This document shows, piece by piece, positions 23,314 to 31,911 of a DNA stretch of 64,000 bases. A model generated the notes under the pieces. That model saw only the letters and a program-made list of their open reading frames with translations. It searched no databases and was not told the origin of the DNA. The stretch is taken from the IMG/VR virus record IMGVR_UViG_3300045988_108377, positions 25,214 through 89,213 of that record, one strand, 5' to 3'. Made by a program: the position numbers and the translations under genes. The DNA comes from a virus. Every line of letters begins with the position of its first letter. Position 1 is the first letter of the stretch.

Positions 23314-24585
23314 TTAATAATACGCATTTGTCAAGTATTTCCATTGACCTTCTATATACCCAATGTAGGCATACTCTCCTGGCTTATTTTCGACAAGATG
23401 AAAGTTCTCAACTTCACCAAATCTCTCTACGTTTCCGCAGAGGTCTACGACCCAACCTTGTTTGCTTGGATATGGGCGAATAATTCGACCGACCATTTGA
23501 TAGTACAGAGATAACGACATTGTAGGACGAGCCAAGACGATTGTATCAAGTTCGGGGTAGTCGAAGCCGGTTGTCAGAATACCAACATTTGCCAATACTT
23601 TAATTTTTCCGCTCTTGAAATCTCCGATTGTTTTCTCTCTGTCTTTCTTCTTGGTCTCGCCAGTGAGATAAGCACTATTTGGGATAGCCTTACATAAGGC
23701 TATACTCTCTTCCACAAACTTTGTGAACACCAAGATACCCTTTCGTTGTATGCCGTTCTTTGGATGAAGTAAGCGATTAACGATTTCAGCCAATCTCTCG
23801 GTGAGGTTACATCGCTCAAACTCATCACTTAACGATTGCTCGTCATAATCTCGACCTGTGCTGTTTATTTTAACTCGGCTAACATCTACTAACTTTAGTT
23901 GCGAAAAGTACGTTAGACGAGCTAAAAATCCCTTTGTCAGCAATTCTTGTATGCTAACTTGGTAGATAACATCGTTGAACATTCTCGGTCTTGTGCGAGT
24001 AAGGAACTTTTCGATGCACTTGTTGGCGAGAATAACACCAGGCTTTGGCTCGTATTCATTCTTAAAATAATCGCTTTCCTTGTACGACCCATTTGGCAAG
24101 AACTTACCTTTTGCAATGATGCCTTGCTGTGTATAGAGACGATATGGGGTAGCGGTGAAACCCAACACCTTACGTTTTACATGGGTCAGAAAATCCTTGT
24201 ACATTCCACCTGTAGCATTGATAACATGGCATTCATCTACGATGATCGCCTTGAACTTATCGAACTCTTCCTTGTGATTGATGATACTACCGATAGTTGC
24301 AAACGTTATTCTGTCTATGTTCTTGCTTTTGAGGCTCGCAGAATAGATGGCGCAGTCGGTCACTCCATAGCTTAGTAGCTTGGAGAAGTTCTGCTCCAAT
24401 ATCTCTTTCGATGGCTGCAATACCAACACATTTCCATCCAACTGCCGTGCGATGTCAGCAAGGATAATGCTCTTACCTCCGCCTGTAGGAACAACGATAA
24501 TAGAGTTCTTCTTTTCTTTGGATTTGAAGAACCTTACTGCAGCGTCTGATGCTTCTTTCTGGTATGGTCTTAGTTCATATTTCAT
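23314..24585 (-). CDS. SF2 (DEAD/DEAH-like) helicase
   Basis: 423 aa. RPYQKEA, VPTGGGKS (Walker A), IVDECH (Walker B), FTATP, QMVGRIIRP (motif VI). Confidence 0.88.
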   Translation of the reverse strand: MKYELRPYQKEASDAAVRFFKSKEKKNSIIVVPTGGGKSIILADIARQLDGNVLVLQPSKEILEQNFSKLLSYGVTDCAIYSASLKSKNIDRITFATIGSIINHKEEFDKFKAIIVDECHVINATGGMYKDFLTHVKRKVLGFTATPYRLYTQQGIIAKGKFLPNGSYKESDYFKNEYEPKPGVILANKCIEKFLTRTRPRMFNDVIYQVSIQELLTKGFLARLTYFSQLKLVDVSRVKINSTGRDYDEQSLSDEFERCNLTERLAEIVNRLLHPKNGIQRKGILVFTKFVEESIALCKAIPNSAYLTGETKKKDREKTIGDFKSGKIKVLANVGILTTGFDYPELDTIVLARPTMSLSLYYQMVGRIIRPYPSKQGWVVDLCGNVERFGEVENFHLVENKPGEYAYIGYIEGQWKYLTNAYY

Positions 24586-24586
24586 A

Positions 24587-24724
24587 TTACTTCATTTTTG
24601 TTTCCTCTTCTATATCAATACCATTAGCGATAACTTTTATGATTACTACGGCAACGCAGAAGAGTAGGAGTAACATGATACAAGCTAATATACCGATTAT
24701 TCCATAGATAATGATTTCGTTCAT
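24587..24724 (-). CDS. Single-pass TM miniprotein (45 aa), paralog a
   Basis: Own translation MNEIIIYGIIGILACIMLLLLFCVAVVIIKVIANGIDIEEETKMK. Its stop is 1 nt before the helicase ATG. Confidence 0.45.
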   Translation of the reverse strand: MNEIIIYGIIGILACIMLLLLFCVAVVIIKVIANGIDIEEETKMK

Positions 24725-24864
24725 ATTTTATCTTTTTTATATGGATATGGTGGCATATCTTTGCGATATACGATGATTAACACTATCATAAAGATAGACA
24801 CTACAACACTAAATGCTATCAATGCCAATATCAAATATCCGATTATGATAATGATTTCATTCAT
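24721..24864 (-). CDS. Single-pass TM miniprotein (47 aa), paralog b
   Basis: Own translation MNEIIIIIGYLILALIAFSVVVSIFMIVLIIVYRKDMPPYPYKKDKI. ATGA overlap with paralog a. Confidence 0.45.
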   Translation of the reverse strand: MNEIIIIIGYLILALIAFSVVVSIFMIVLIIVYRKDMPPYPYKKDKI

Positions 24865-24964
24865 ATCTATCGTTTCTTGAATAGTAAAGCAGTATTGCAA
24901 ATAGTGCTAATACAAGCACTACTGCAATACTAATTAGAGTTAAGTAGAAGTACCAAAACCACAT
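24857..24964 (-). CDS. Single-pass TM miniprotein (35 aa)
   Basis: Own translation MWFWYFYLTLISIAVVLVLALFAILLYYSRNDRYE. 8-nt overlap with paralog b. Confidence 0.4.
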   Translation of the reverse strand: MWFWYFYLTLISIAVVLVLALFAILLYYSRNDRYE

Positions 24965-24970
24965 TTCTGT

Positions 24971-25465
24971 TTATTTGGCTTCTTCTTTGTCATCATTCTT
25001 CTCTTCGTTTTTGTCGGAAGGTGCATGATGTTCGAAGACATCATGGAGTTTGGTTTCATTCAAACCTACCACATCATAATCTATCATGGTCTTGCCCATC
25101 ACCTCATCAATATAACGGAGGGCACGGACGAGAGACTTAGCCTGAACAAGATAATTCACGTTGCTGCGCTTCTCACGTTCTGTCTTTTCGTCAATGGTAA
25201 AGAACTGGAGTTTAGCCTTATACCACTTGTCGTCATCATCTACATCACTGAAGAAGACTTCCTTAAAATTGGCTTGACCAAGGTTGCTTACCTTTAGTTC
25301 GCCACTTACGTAAACAGACATTTCTTCTATGATAGCATTCTCGGCTTCTGTAAAGCTCAATGCGTCAATCAAATACTGCTCTGTTACGACTTTCTCACAA
25401 CCATCTTCCATGGTCTTTTGGTAACGCACCTTGGTAGCGTACCATATTCCTGATCTTGCTCTCAT
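24971..25465 (-). CDS. DUF4494-like protein
   Basis: 164 aa. WYATKVRYQKTMEDGCEKVVTEQYLIDALSFTEAE resembles the Bacteroidota DUF4494 pattern as I recall it. Confidence 0.55.
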   Translation of the reverse strand: MRARSGIWYATKVRYQKTMEDGCEKVVTEQYLIDALSFTEAENAIIEEMSVYVSGELKVSNLGQANFKEVFFSDVDDDDKWYKAKLQFFTIDEKTEREKRSNVNYLVQAKSLVRALRYIDEVMGKTMIDYDVVGLNETKLHDVFEHHAPSDKNEEKNDDKEEAK

Positions 25466-25606
25466 TTTTAATCTGTATTATAAAGTTCTACAATGTAAGT
25501 TACTGAATTATTACCACCACCTTTTGCTATAGAAGCACAAATGCAAATGGATTTTTCCCTACCCCCCTAATCTGTCTATATATGAGGTCTAATTGATGTT
25601 CTGCTA

Positions 25607-25948
25607 TCATTTTTCAAAAATCTCTAACACAAAAGGCCGCAAGTCAAATCCTCCCACACCATGTGAATAAAAGGCGGTAAGTGTGCCGACCTTACTTTTT
25701 GTTGTGGGAGGAATCACTATATCCTTGAAAAGTGTAGGGTAAAATACTAGTCTACGTTTCATTGTTCCAAAAATCTTTGAATGCTTCTTTTTTCCTTCGG
25801 TAGGTTCTATTACGTTGACCTGATAACCGCATGAAGTACATTGGTAGTTATACTCCATAGCGCTTTCGTCACACTCTCTTTCGTGAGATTCCGCTAAAAC
25901 CATTTCTTTACCGCAATTAGGGCAAATTTGTTTCTTGTTCTGTTTCAT
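25607..25948 (-). CDS. Zinc-ribbon protein
   Basis: 113 aa. CPNCGK ... CTSCGY. Confidence 0.6.
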   Translation of the reverse strand: MKQNKKQICPNCGKEMVLAESHERECDESAMEYNYQCTSCGYQVNVIEPTEGKKKHSKIFGTMKRRLVFYPTLFKDIVIPPTTKSKVGTLTAFYSHGVGGFDLRPFVLEIFEK

Positions 25949-26073
25949 ATATTACCATTACATGAGGGTATCTCTGATGTTGAGATTGTAGATGTGACAG
26001 TCCTGATACCAAACAAGGGCATTTTTTGCCAAGATTGCTCATGCTTTCTTTGTAGGCTACACCAACTAACAAC

Positions 26074-27435
26074 TTATGTACCACACCAAATATCCTTTAA
26101 CCGTTCAACTTCTTGTTTAAGTCCATTCTTTGCTATCTCATTGATTTTTTCTTTTAACAGCTGAGGCTCAAGCCGGTGAATTTCTTCACTCAATTCCTCA
26201 AGAGTCATTTGCGGTTTCATTATGTAGTCTTTGAGTTTCGCTTTCTCTGTCCTATCAAGGAGTTTGCCGACAATATCATCTTTCAGATAGTATTTATCTC
26301 CAGCTTCATTTTGAAGAATATCGTCAATAACGATTCCTCTATCTTTCGGTTGAGGAATATCCGACTTCTTGGTTGGCGGTTCAAAAGGATCGTCGTCAAA
26401 ATCAAACAAGTTCGTCTTACCGGTGTCTTTTACTCTGATGTTCGTCCAATAGATACGCTTGCGCTGCTGGGCAGATACCAAAGCAGAATTGATGTGAACA
26501 CCACGAATACCGATAGCATGAGACAGACAACGCTCCCATTTGTCAAGCATTTCTACGTTTTCGAGGAAGAAGAGTATATTTTGGTTATACTTGCGTAATT
26601 CTGTGAGAACACGCATATACTCCCAAAATAGATACGACTGGCCTTCAAACTCAAAACCTTGTGCTTTTAGTTCCAAGTACCGGTCAAGAGTGTAAATCTC
26701 CTCTCCATGACTTGTTGCTGCGCCTTTCAGCTTACCGCTCATAGAAAAGCCCTGGCATGGTGAACCACCGATAAGAATGTCAGGAATACCATATTGCCGT
26801 ACCATTTCGTCCACATTTAACTCTGTGACACTACCTATCTGAATAGTATTCGGGAAATTGTGCATTGTGTTTGCGATAGCATGCTTGTCTATCTCTGACG
26901 CAAGGTAGGTAGACACATTGGCACCAATACCATTGAGAGCCATCTGACCGCCGGATATTCCGTCAAACAACGACAATACTTTCATGTCTTTCTTTATCTC
27001 TTCGGGGATAAACTGAAAGATGTGCTTGATAGTCTCTATGTTCCATCCGTTACCAATACCATGGTACTGCTGTGTTTCGGAAGAAACAAACTCATAGTCG
27101 TGTGGAATTGTCTGCAACTTCGCACATTCTGATGGTGTCAGTCTACGTATGAAAGAAACAAAGGTGTGGCCGTTTATTTTAATCTCATAGCCTTGCTTGT
27201 CCTCCGGCATACGTTTCCTTATCTCTTCAAGCTGTCTTTTCCGAATGTTTCTGATGGCTTGTGATGCTATTTCTTCTTCATTACGCATATTCTCAAATAT
27301 TTGTAAAATGGCGGCTTTGTCACCACGTTTTCCTATACTTACGATGTGCTCAGTAGATAACGATCGGCACTTTTCTTTTCCACCTTTTATTATAAGGTGT
27401 GCTTGCGTACTAGGATAAATGACCGCTTGCCTCAT
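26074..27435 (-). CDS. DNA (cytosine-5)-methyltransferase, circularly permuted motif order
   Basis: 453 aa. Order in the ORF: IX RRLTPSECAKLQTIPHDYEF, X GIGNGWNIETIKHIF, then I LSLFDGISGG, IV GGSPCQGFS, VI FFLENV, VIII SAQQRKRIYWTN. Confidence 0.85.
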   Translation of the reverse strand: MRQAVIYPSTQAHLIIKGGKEKCRSLSTEHIVSIGKRGDKAAILQIFENMRNEEEIASQAIRNIRKRQLEEIRKRMPEDKQGYEIKINGHTFVSFIRRLTPSECAKLQTIPHDYEFVSSETQQYHGIGNGWNIETIKHIFQFIPEEIKKDMKVLSLFDGISGGQMALNGIGANVSTYLASEIDKHAIANTMHNFPNTIQIGSVTELNVDEMVRQYGIPDILIGGSPCQGFSMSGKLKGAATSHGEEIYTLDRYLELKAQGFEFEGQSYLFWEYMRVLTELRKYNQNILFFLENVEMLDKWERCLSHAIGIRGVHINSALVSAQQRKRIYWTNIRVKDTGKTNLFDFDDDPFEPPTKKSDIPQPKDRGIVIDDILQNEAGDKYYLKDDIVGKLLDRTEKAKLKDYIMKPQMTLEELSEEIHRLEPQLLKEKINEIAKNGLKQEVERLKDIWCGT

Positions 27436-27824
27436 AAATTCTTGAACTCTAAAATGAACTCGTTGTAACCCTTATCTTCTGGCAGAGGAAGGATAACACC
27501 ATACTCTGCAGTAGCATCTGCTTGGACTTGACGCATAAAGTGTGTCATAGCCCTTGTGCTGATGTCGCTAATTCCATGCTTGTATGGTGGTATGAACCTA
27601 TCTACGTAATAGTCATGCCAATCAATCCTTGACTGCCCAGACCAGTATTCGAGTTGAGTCATCCACATCCAAAAGAGCTTTCTTTGCGATGACGTGGTTA
27701 TGTAGCCGACCTCCGTCACGTAGATATTGTACGTTCCTATAGGAAGGCCGGCGACAACCTCCTTGAGGGACTTGTCTGTCTTCATCCCCCAAGAAGATTT
27801 TCTGAGTTCAATTTTCTCCACCAT
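27432..27824 (-). CDS. Hypothetical recombination-module protein
   Basis: 130 aa; ATGA-type overlap with the MTase. Function not recognised; a NinB-like role is only a guess. Confidence 0.6.
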   Translation of the reverse strand: MVEKIELRKSSWGMKTDKSLKEVVAGLPIGTYNIYVTEVGYITTSSQRKLFWMWMTQLEYWSGQSRIDWHDYYVDRFIPPYKHGISDISTRAMTHFMRQVQADATAEYGVILPLPEDKGYNEFILEFKNL

Positions 27825-27836
27825 GATTAAGGTATG

Positions 27837-28280
27837 CTAAAAGGGGAGATCATCATCTTGTGCTGCAGCTGTTGCTGCTTCAGGCTGAATAGTAGCAGCC
27901 TGATTGCTGGAAGGTATCTCCACAGGCTTCAAGTCGCCAAGATATGTCTTGTTCATAGCCTCTACTTCTTCCGGACTATGACAGTTGACATACTCCTTGC
28001 TGACCGCACGTTTCAGATAATGGCTGTTGCCGTATTGGTCTACGTTCATTTTTTCGTAAACTTCAACACCTAACCCGAAGATACGGGATTCGTATTGCTG
28101 CCCGTCTGTACGTGTCTTTGTTGATACCTTAACGAAAATATCATTATCCTCAATAGGTATAACGATACATTTCTTTTTTACGCCACTCTTTCCGGTGACT
28201 CCCATGATACCTACGTTCTTCAACTTAGCGAGGTTCACGGAACCGATTAATTTTACGTTACTCATTTCTGTTTTCTCCAA
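27837..28280 (-). CDS. ssb: Single-stranded DNA-binding protein (non-canonical body, canonical acidic tip)
   Basis: 147 aa. C-terminus ...AAAQDDDLPF is the SSB interaction tip (DDDIPF type). Sits in the Sak4/exonuclease module. Confidence 0.65.
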   Translation of the reverse strand: MEKTEMSNVKLIGSVNLAKLKNVGIMGVTGKSGVKKKCIVIPIEDNDIFVKVSTKTRTDGQQYESRIFGLGVEVYEKMNVDQYGNSHYLKRAVSKEYVNCHSPEEVEAMNKTYLGDLKPVEIPSSNQAATIQPEAATAAAQDDDLPF

Positions 28281-29166
28281 AAATTCTTGTTGTACTTCTG
28301 TCTATATTCTCTATGTTGTTATTGATGAAGTCTATGAAACTTTCACAGTTCTGTCTAAGAATTTCCACACTCTGCTTCATGTCAAACGTGTAGACCTCTC
28401 TGTTCTGTACTCCGCTTATCAGAAGATTACGAGAGTTTCCACCTGTCAGCCTGTAAGCCGTAAATTCTACGTCTTGCACCTCAGCCATCATACCTGACGT
28501 AATCATGCAGTAAGGATATGCAAAACGCTGGTTGTAATGGGCATAATCTCCAAAGGTATAGTTCTTGCAAGTCTTCAAGTCTAAAATAGACTTCATTCGG
28601 AAATAGTCCAGGAACCCATGCAGTTCTACGATGATGCCGTTCGATAATTCCAAGTTTGCTGACGTATAGAATTGGCAGATGCAGTCGTGAAAATACTCTG
28701 CTACAGACTTGCAAAAATCAATGTCAAAGAAAAATTCGAAATCTTCAAGGCTTGCATATATGAAAGCTTTCCCGATTTTCGATAGCAACTCTTGTGATTG
28801 TTTGGCTATTTTCTTTTGTTCCTCTTCTGTTTCCGGCTTGGCTTTCGCAAATGCAATTTCCAAGAAGTCTTCCATGCAGCGAATGGTCTTAATGAAAACA
28901 CCATTACTTGGTTCAGCCTTCTTCTTGATTATGCAGTCGATGATTTCATTGAAACAAGTACCCTTTGCTTGTGATTCCGTCGTAGGAGTCTTGACGTTAT
29001 TGATACGGTCTATCAACTCTTGATACTTCATTTCGTGAAACTCCTCAGTTGTGTACTGAGGGGTTTCACTCTTGCCGTAGTACTTTTCCCAAATAGCATC
29101 GCTGTTGCAAAGGTTGCAAAATTGGTCGAGCAATGTAGGGGAGAAGAAATAACTAGGCTGCCTCAT
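28258..29166 (-). CDS. PD-(D/E)XK exonuclease (Cas4/RecB-like)
   Basis: 302 aa. ELHGFLDYF ... SILDLKT fits the D ... (D/E)-x-K motif. Typical partner of AAA_24/Sak4. Confidence 0.55.
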   Translation of the reverse strand: MRQPSYFFSPTLLDQFCNLCNSDAIWEKYYGKSETPQYTTEEFHEMKYQELIDRINNVKTPTTESQAKGTCFNEIIDCIIKKKAEPSNGVFIKTIRCMEDFLEIAFAKAKPETEEEQKKIAKQSQELLSKIGKAFIYASLEDFEFFFDIDFCKSVAEYFHDCICQFYTSANLELSNGIIVELHGFLDYFRMKSILDLKTCKNYTFGDYAHYNQRFAYPYCMITSGMMAEVQDVEFTAYRLTGGNSRNLLISGVQNREVYTFDMKQSVEILRQNCESFIDFINNNIENIDRSTTRIFGENRNE

Positions 29167-30094
29167 ACTTCTTTGTATTTTTGTTGAACTTCAAGCCAAG
29201 CTCCTTGCATCTGTCTGTGATGAGCGACTTCGCATGAGCGTTGGAATCCCATATCTGCTTCTTGTCTTTCATTGACAATACGTAAGAGTTTGCCTGCTCA
29301 GCATCGCTGATACAAGCCACCTCGCCCTCAATCTCTGAAATCAGCTCATCGTATTCCTTACGAGTGTTTGACTCTTGCTTCAAGTAGCTGTCGTAATTCT
29401 CAAAGATATTCGACATAAAATCATTATGGCCGATAATCTTGCCTTGGGCATCGATAATTACTGGAATCTCTTGCATAGGTGGCAAATTGCAAGTATTCTT
29501 TGCGTAGAACTTTTCTTGTGGTGTCCATGAGATAGTTCTCTTGTTGCCAATAGCTTGCATGTAGCCTACCAAATCCAGCTCTTTGATGAGGTCGCCTGCA
29601 GATGAACCACCAATCTCGGGACGAACAATGCGAATGTCTCCATCCTTTTCTTCACGCTCATGGGCAACGAAGATTACGTGTTTGCCCATCATCGAAACTC
29701 GCTTTAAAAAGTTGATGAACATAATCTTTCTTGCTCCGAATCCCTGCAAGGTTAAAGAACCGTCACGCTTGCCAAGACGATTGTCTTGCTGAATGATGTA
29801 TGTGCTCATGTAGTCAAGCATCTTTCCTGCTGTATCAATAACGATAGTCATGAAATCGTTTGATTGTGTTTCCAACTCTTGTAAGGCCTGTAACACCTCG
29901 TTCCAATTCTGTACTTGAAGCGTTGGACATTGAAATGCTCCATTTACTCGTTGGATGCCTCCGTCAAAGTCAAAAAGTACCGGATTCGGGGTGCTAAGTG
30001 CAAGGGTGCTCTTGCCCAAGCCAGGTTGACCATACACCAATGCCTTAATTGTGGAGTTATAAGCCAACTCCGAAGGCTTCTTAAACATGCTCAT
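29153..30094 (-). CDS. Sak4-like (AAA_24) RecA-fold ATPase
   Basis: 313 aa. ALVYGQPGLGKSTLA (Walker A), NPVLFDFDGG, HVIFVAHE (Walker B-like). Confidence 0.7.
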   Translation of the reverse strand: MSMFKKPSELAYNSTIKALVYGQPGLGKSTLALSTPNPVLFDFDGGIQRVNGAFQCPTLQVQNWNEVLQALQELETQSNDFMTIVIDTAGKMLDYMSTYIIQQDNRLGKRDGSLTLQGFGARKIMFINFLKRVSMMGKHVIFVAHEREEKDGDIRIVRPEIGGSSAGDLIKELDLVGYMQAIGNKRTISWTPQEKFYAKNTCNLPPMQEIPVIIDAQGKIIGHNDFMSNIFENYDSYLKQESNTRKEYDELISEIEGEVACISDAEQANSYVLSMKDKKQIWDSNAHAKSLITDRCKELGLKFNKNTKKYEAA

Positions 30095-30140
30095 AATCTT
30101 GTAATTTAATTGTCGTTTTGAAATTTATTATTTGCAATCT
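30095..30140 (-). repeat. Short-form (promoter-less) leader cassette
   Basis: cataatcttgtaatttaattgtcgttttgaaatttattatttgc. Confidence 0.45.
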
Positions 30141-30217
30141 TTTTTGGCGAATAAAATCGCCCTTAAATCTCGTAAGAGATAGCTTTCCGATGGCTCAAAC
30201 TTGACGTTTTTGTCGTT

Positions 30218-30472
30218 TTAAGCTAATTTAACCCTTCGTGGGTTTGGCTTCACGTTCTCAAAAATATCACTTGCATTGAACTGCCATTTAGTGTTTGGTG
30301 CTCCTGCTGGTTTTTTATATCTGACTTTCTCTTCCAACATCAGCCGTTCAAGCCTCTTCTTGCCTCCAACGACCTTCTGGGCGATTTTCCATGAAAGGTT
30401 GATTCCATTCATCTGTGTCAGTATTTGAAGATATTTTTGAGCCATGATTGCTGTTTTCAAATCTTCCATCAT
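30218..30472 (-). CDS. Hypothetical protein
   Basis: 84 aa ORF. Confidence 0.55.
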   Translation of the reverse strand: MMEDLKTAIMAQKYLQILTQMNGINLSWKIAQKVVGGKKRLERLMLEEKVRYKKPAGAPNTKWQFNASDIFENVKPNPRRVKLA

Positions 30473-30476
30473 CTAA

Positions 30477-30710
30477 TCATTTTAAGATAGCTTTCAAGCC
30501 AAGCTCTCTGATGTTTTCTAAATCGAACACGGAACCTACGAATTTGGCGACCATATAAAGAACCAACTCTTGTTGGGAGGATATTCCTAACTTCTTGTAT
30601 ATGTGTTTCTTATGTGTCCGTATAGTCCAAATCGGTTTGCTCAATCTTTCTGCCACCTCCTTGTCTATAAACCCATGGCAGTAAAGTTCAGCTACTTTAT
30701 GTTCTACCAT
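30477..30710 (-). CDS. LuxR/GerE-type HTH protein (sigma region-4-like)
   Basis: 77 aa. DKEVAERLSKPIWTIRTHKKHIYKKLGISSQQEL. Confidence 0.7.
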   Translation of the reverse strand: MVEHKVAELYCHGFIDKEVAERLSKPIWTIRTHKKHIYKKLGISSQQELVLYMVAKFVGSVFDLENIRELGLKAILK

Positions 30711-30726
30711 GCTTAACTCGATAGCT

Positions 30727-30930
30727 TTAGCTGACCCGAAGAATAGTGATGCTACAATCCTTCTTATTAACTATCTTTTTGACATCCCATTTTTCACGCA
30801 TCAATTCTCTTTTCAGACGGCTGATAACCGTTGTAATGGAGCTGTAGCGTTCCATCGGGAATGTCAGTCGGTCTCCGATTCTCAATTCTCGGAGTTCCGC
30901 TGTGATTGGTTTTTTGATAAGCTCTTCCAT
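30727..30930 (-). CDS. Hypothetical protein, first gene of leftward early operon (Cro position)
   Basis: 67 aa. First ORF downstream of the switch promoter at 31084-31091. Confidence 0.55.
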   Translation of the reverse strand: MEELIKKPITAELRELRIGDRLTFPMERYSSITTVISRLKRELMREKWDVKKIVNKKDCSITILRVS

Positions 30931-30953
30931 TTCTCTATTTTTTGTTAAACTTT

Positions 30954-30969
30954 GCCCCCTAAAGGGGGC
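30954..30969. other. GC hairpin / palindrome in early leader
   Basis: GCCCCC-TAAA-GGGGGC, 24 nt upstream of the ATG at 30930. No T-run on either strand. Confidence 0.5.
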
Positions 30970-31039
30970 CGACTTGTAATAATCTAGCCTAAATCATCTT
31001 TTTGTTACTTTTAGGTACGTTAAAAATTTGCATAAGAAC

Positions 31040-31125
31040 GAATAATTTTGTAATTTTGTTGTTGTTGTTATTATTTGACATTGCAAAGATAAGAAAAAGT
31101 TATCATTTGTGCAAGTTTTTAAGGA
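31040..31125 (-). promoter_or_regulatory. Early promoter cassette, copy I (leftward switch promoter)
   Basis: -7 box complement 31084-31091 (TATCTTTG). Cassette-like ttatcatttgtgcaag. Long diverged leader. Confidence 0.6.
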
Positions 31126-31135
31126 GAAAATTTTA

Positions 31136-31143
31136 TATTTTTG
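31136..31143 (+). promoter_or_regulatory. Plus-strand -7 box for the repressor gene
   Basis: tatttttg (TAnnTTTG), 70 nt upstream of the ATG at 31214. Divergent to 31084-31091. Confidence 0.4.
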
Positions 31144-31213
31144 ATAAAAAAGTTGTAAAACGGAACGCTGATAAGTGGTTCTTGTTGGTATTCACATTAT
31201 TATATATAGAATT

Positions 31214-31675
31214 ATGAACGAAGGAACTAATAAGTATAACGTGCGTGAGATAATCGCTAACGTGCTGCAAGCGGTTGGAATGAACGGACCTGGATTTGCC
31301 AAAGCCATAGGTCTTCCATATACCGTGGTTTATAATTTGCAAAGTGGTAGGACGAAGAAGTTCAGACCAGCTATAGCTAACCCAATGGTCAAGGCTTTCC
31401 CACGACTTAATTTGGAATACCTATATACTGGTGACGGTGAAGTACTAAAAGATGAGGTTCCTTCTGAAACAGAACGTGTCTCTAAATTTGCCGGTTCATT
31501 GGATAATGTTGTGGAACTTCAAAAGAAGATTTTCGATAAACTAGATGAACTTAGCAAAAAGGAAAAAGAACTGAACGAAATGGAAAGAAGACTCAACTTA
31601 AAAGAACTTGAACTAATAAAACGAGAAAGTGAGTGTCAATTACGGGAAAGTAAGCTTGGTATTCAAAAAGTATAG
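31214..31675 (+). CDS. CI-like phage repressor (HTH + coiled coil)
   Basis: Started at ATG 31214 (the track used GTG 31175). HTH GPGFAKAIGLPYTVVYNLQSGRT. LEYLYTGDGEVL signature typical of Bacteroidota phage repressors. C-terminal coiled coil. Confidence 0.7.
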   Translation: MNEGTNKYNVREIIANVLQAVGMNGPGFAKAIGLPYTVVYNLQSGRTKKFRPAIANPMVKAFPRLNLEYLYTGDGEVLKDEVPSETERVSKFAGSLDNVVELQKKIFDKLDELSKKEKELNEMERRLNLKELELIKRESECQLRESKLGIQKV

Positions 31676-31720
31676 TCTGATATATCACATTGAGTTTTTT
31701 ATTGCCTTTTACGAACCGAT

Positions 31721-31734
31721 TTGTTGTCGGAGTA
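31721..31734 (+). repeat. Direct repeat TTGTTGTCGGAGTA (candidate integrase arm site)
   Basis: Repeated as CTGTTGTCGGAATA at 31898-31911 and GTTGTCGCA at 31941-31949. Both long copies are preceded by TACGAA. Confidence 0.4.
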
Positions 31735-31897
31735 AATCTTAAAGATGAGTAACTAACAGAAAACAAGAGTATTATATATAGATGAAGAAGAATACGATAG
31801 TTCACTTTGGTTTTATTTCAAAAAGCTTTGTGGTTAGTTAAAACTTTGATATATAACTTGTTATATAAATATGGGTCATTCAAAAGTAGATACGAAA

Positions 31898-31911
31898 CTG
31901 TTGTCGGAATA
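31898..31911 (+). repeat. Direct repeat CTGTTGTCGGAATA (candidate integrase arm site)
   Basis: See 31721-31734. Confidence 0.4.

Noticed and set aside
26000-26041. A 41-codon minus-strand ORF starting at 26039-26041 between the C5-MTase and the zinc-ribbon gene.
   Set aside because: It runs into and overlaps the start of 25607-25948 in another frame, has no coupling signal or cassette context, and has an unremarkable composition.
30146-30161. Hairpins GGCGA/TCGCC (30146-30161) and CCCTCTCC/GGAGAGGG (63545-63570) as minus-strand terminators.
   Set aside because: On the minus strand they are followed by A-runs, not T-runs; the T-run precedes them on the plus strand. They are therefore not canonical intrinsic terminators for either direction, and their function is unknown.
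31175-31213. Track starts GTG 31175 for the repressor and TTG 31942 for the integrase.
   Set aside because: In-frame ATGs at 31214 and 31951 give N-termini without the hydrophobic or odd extensions. Preferred, but not proven.
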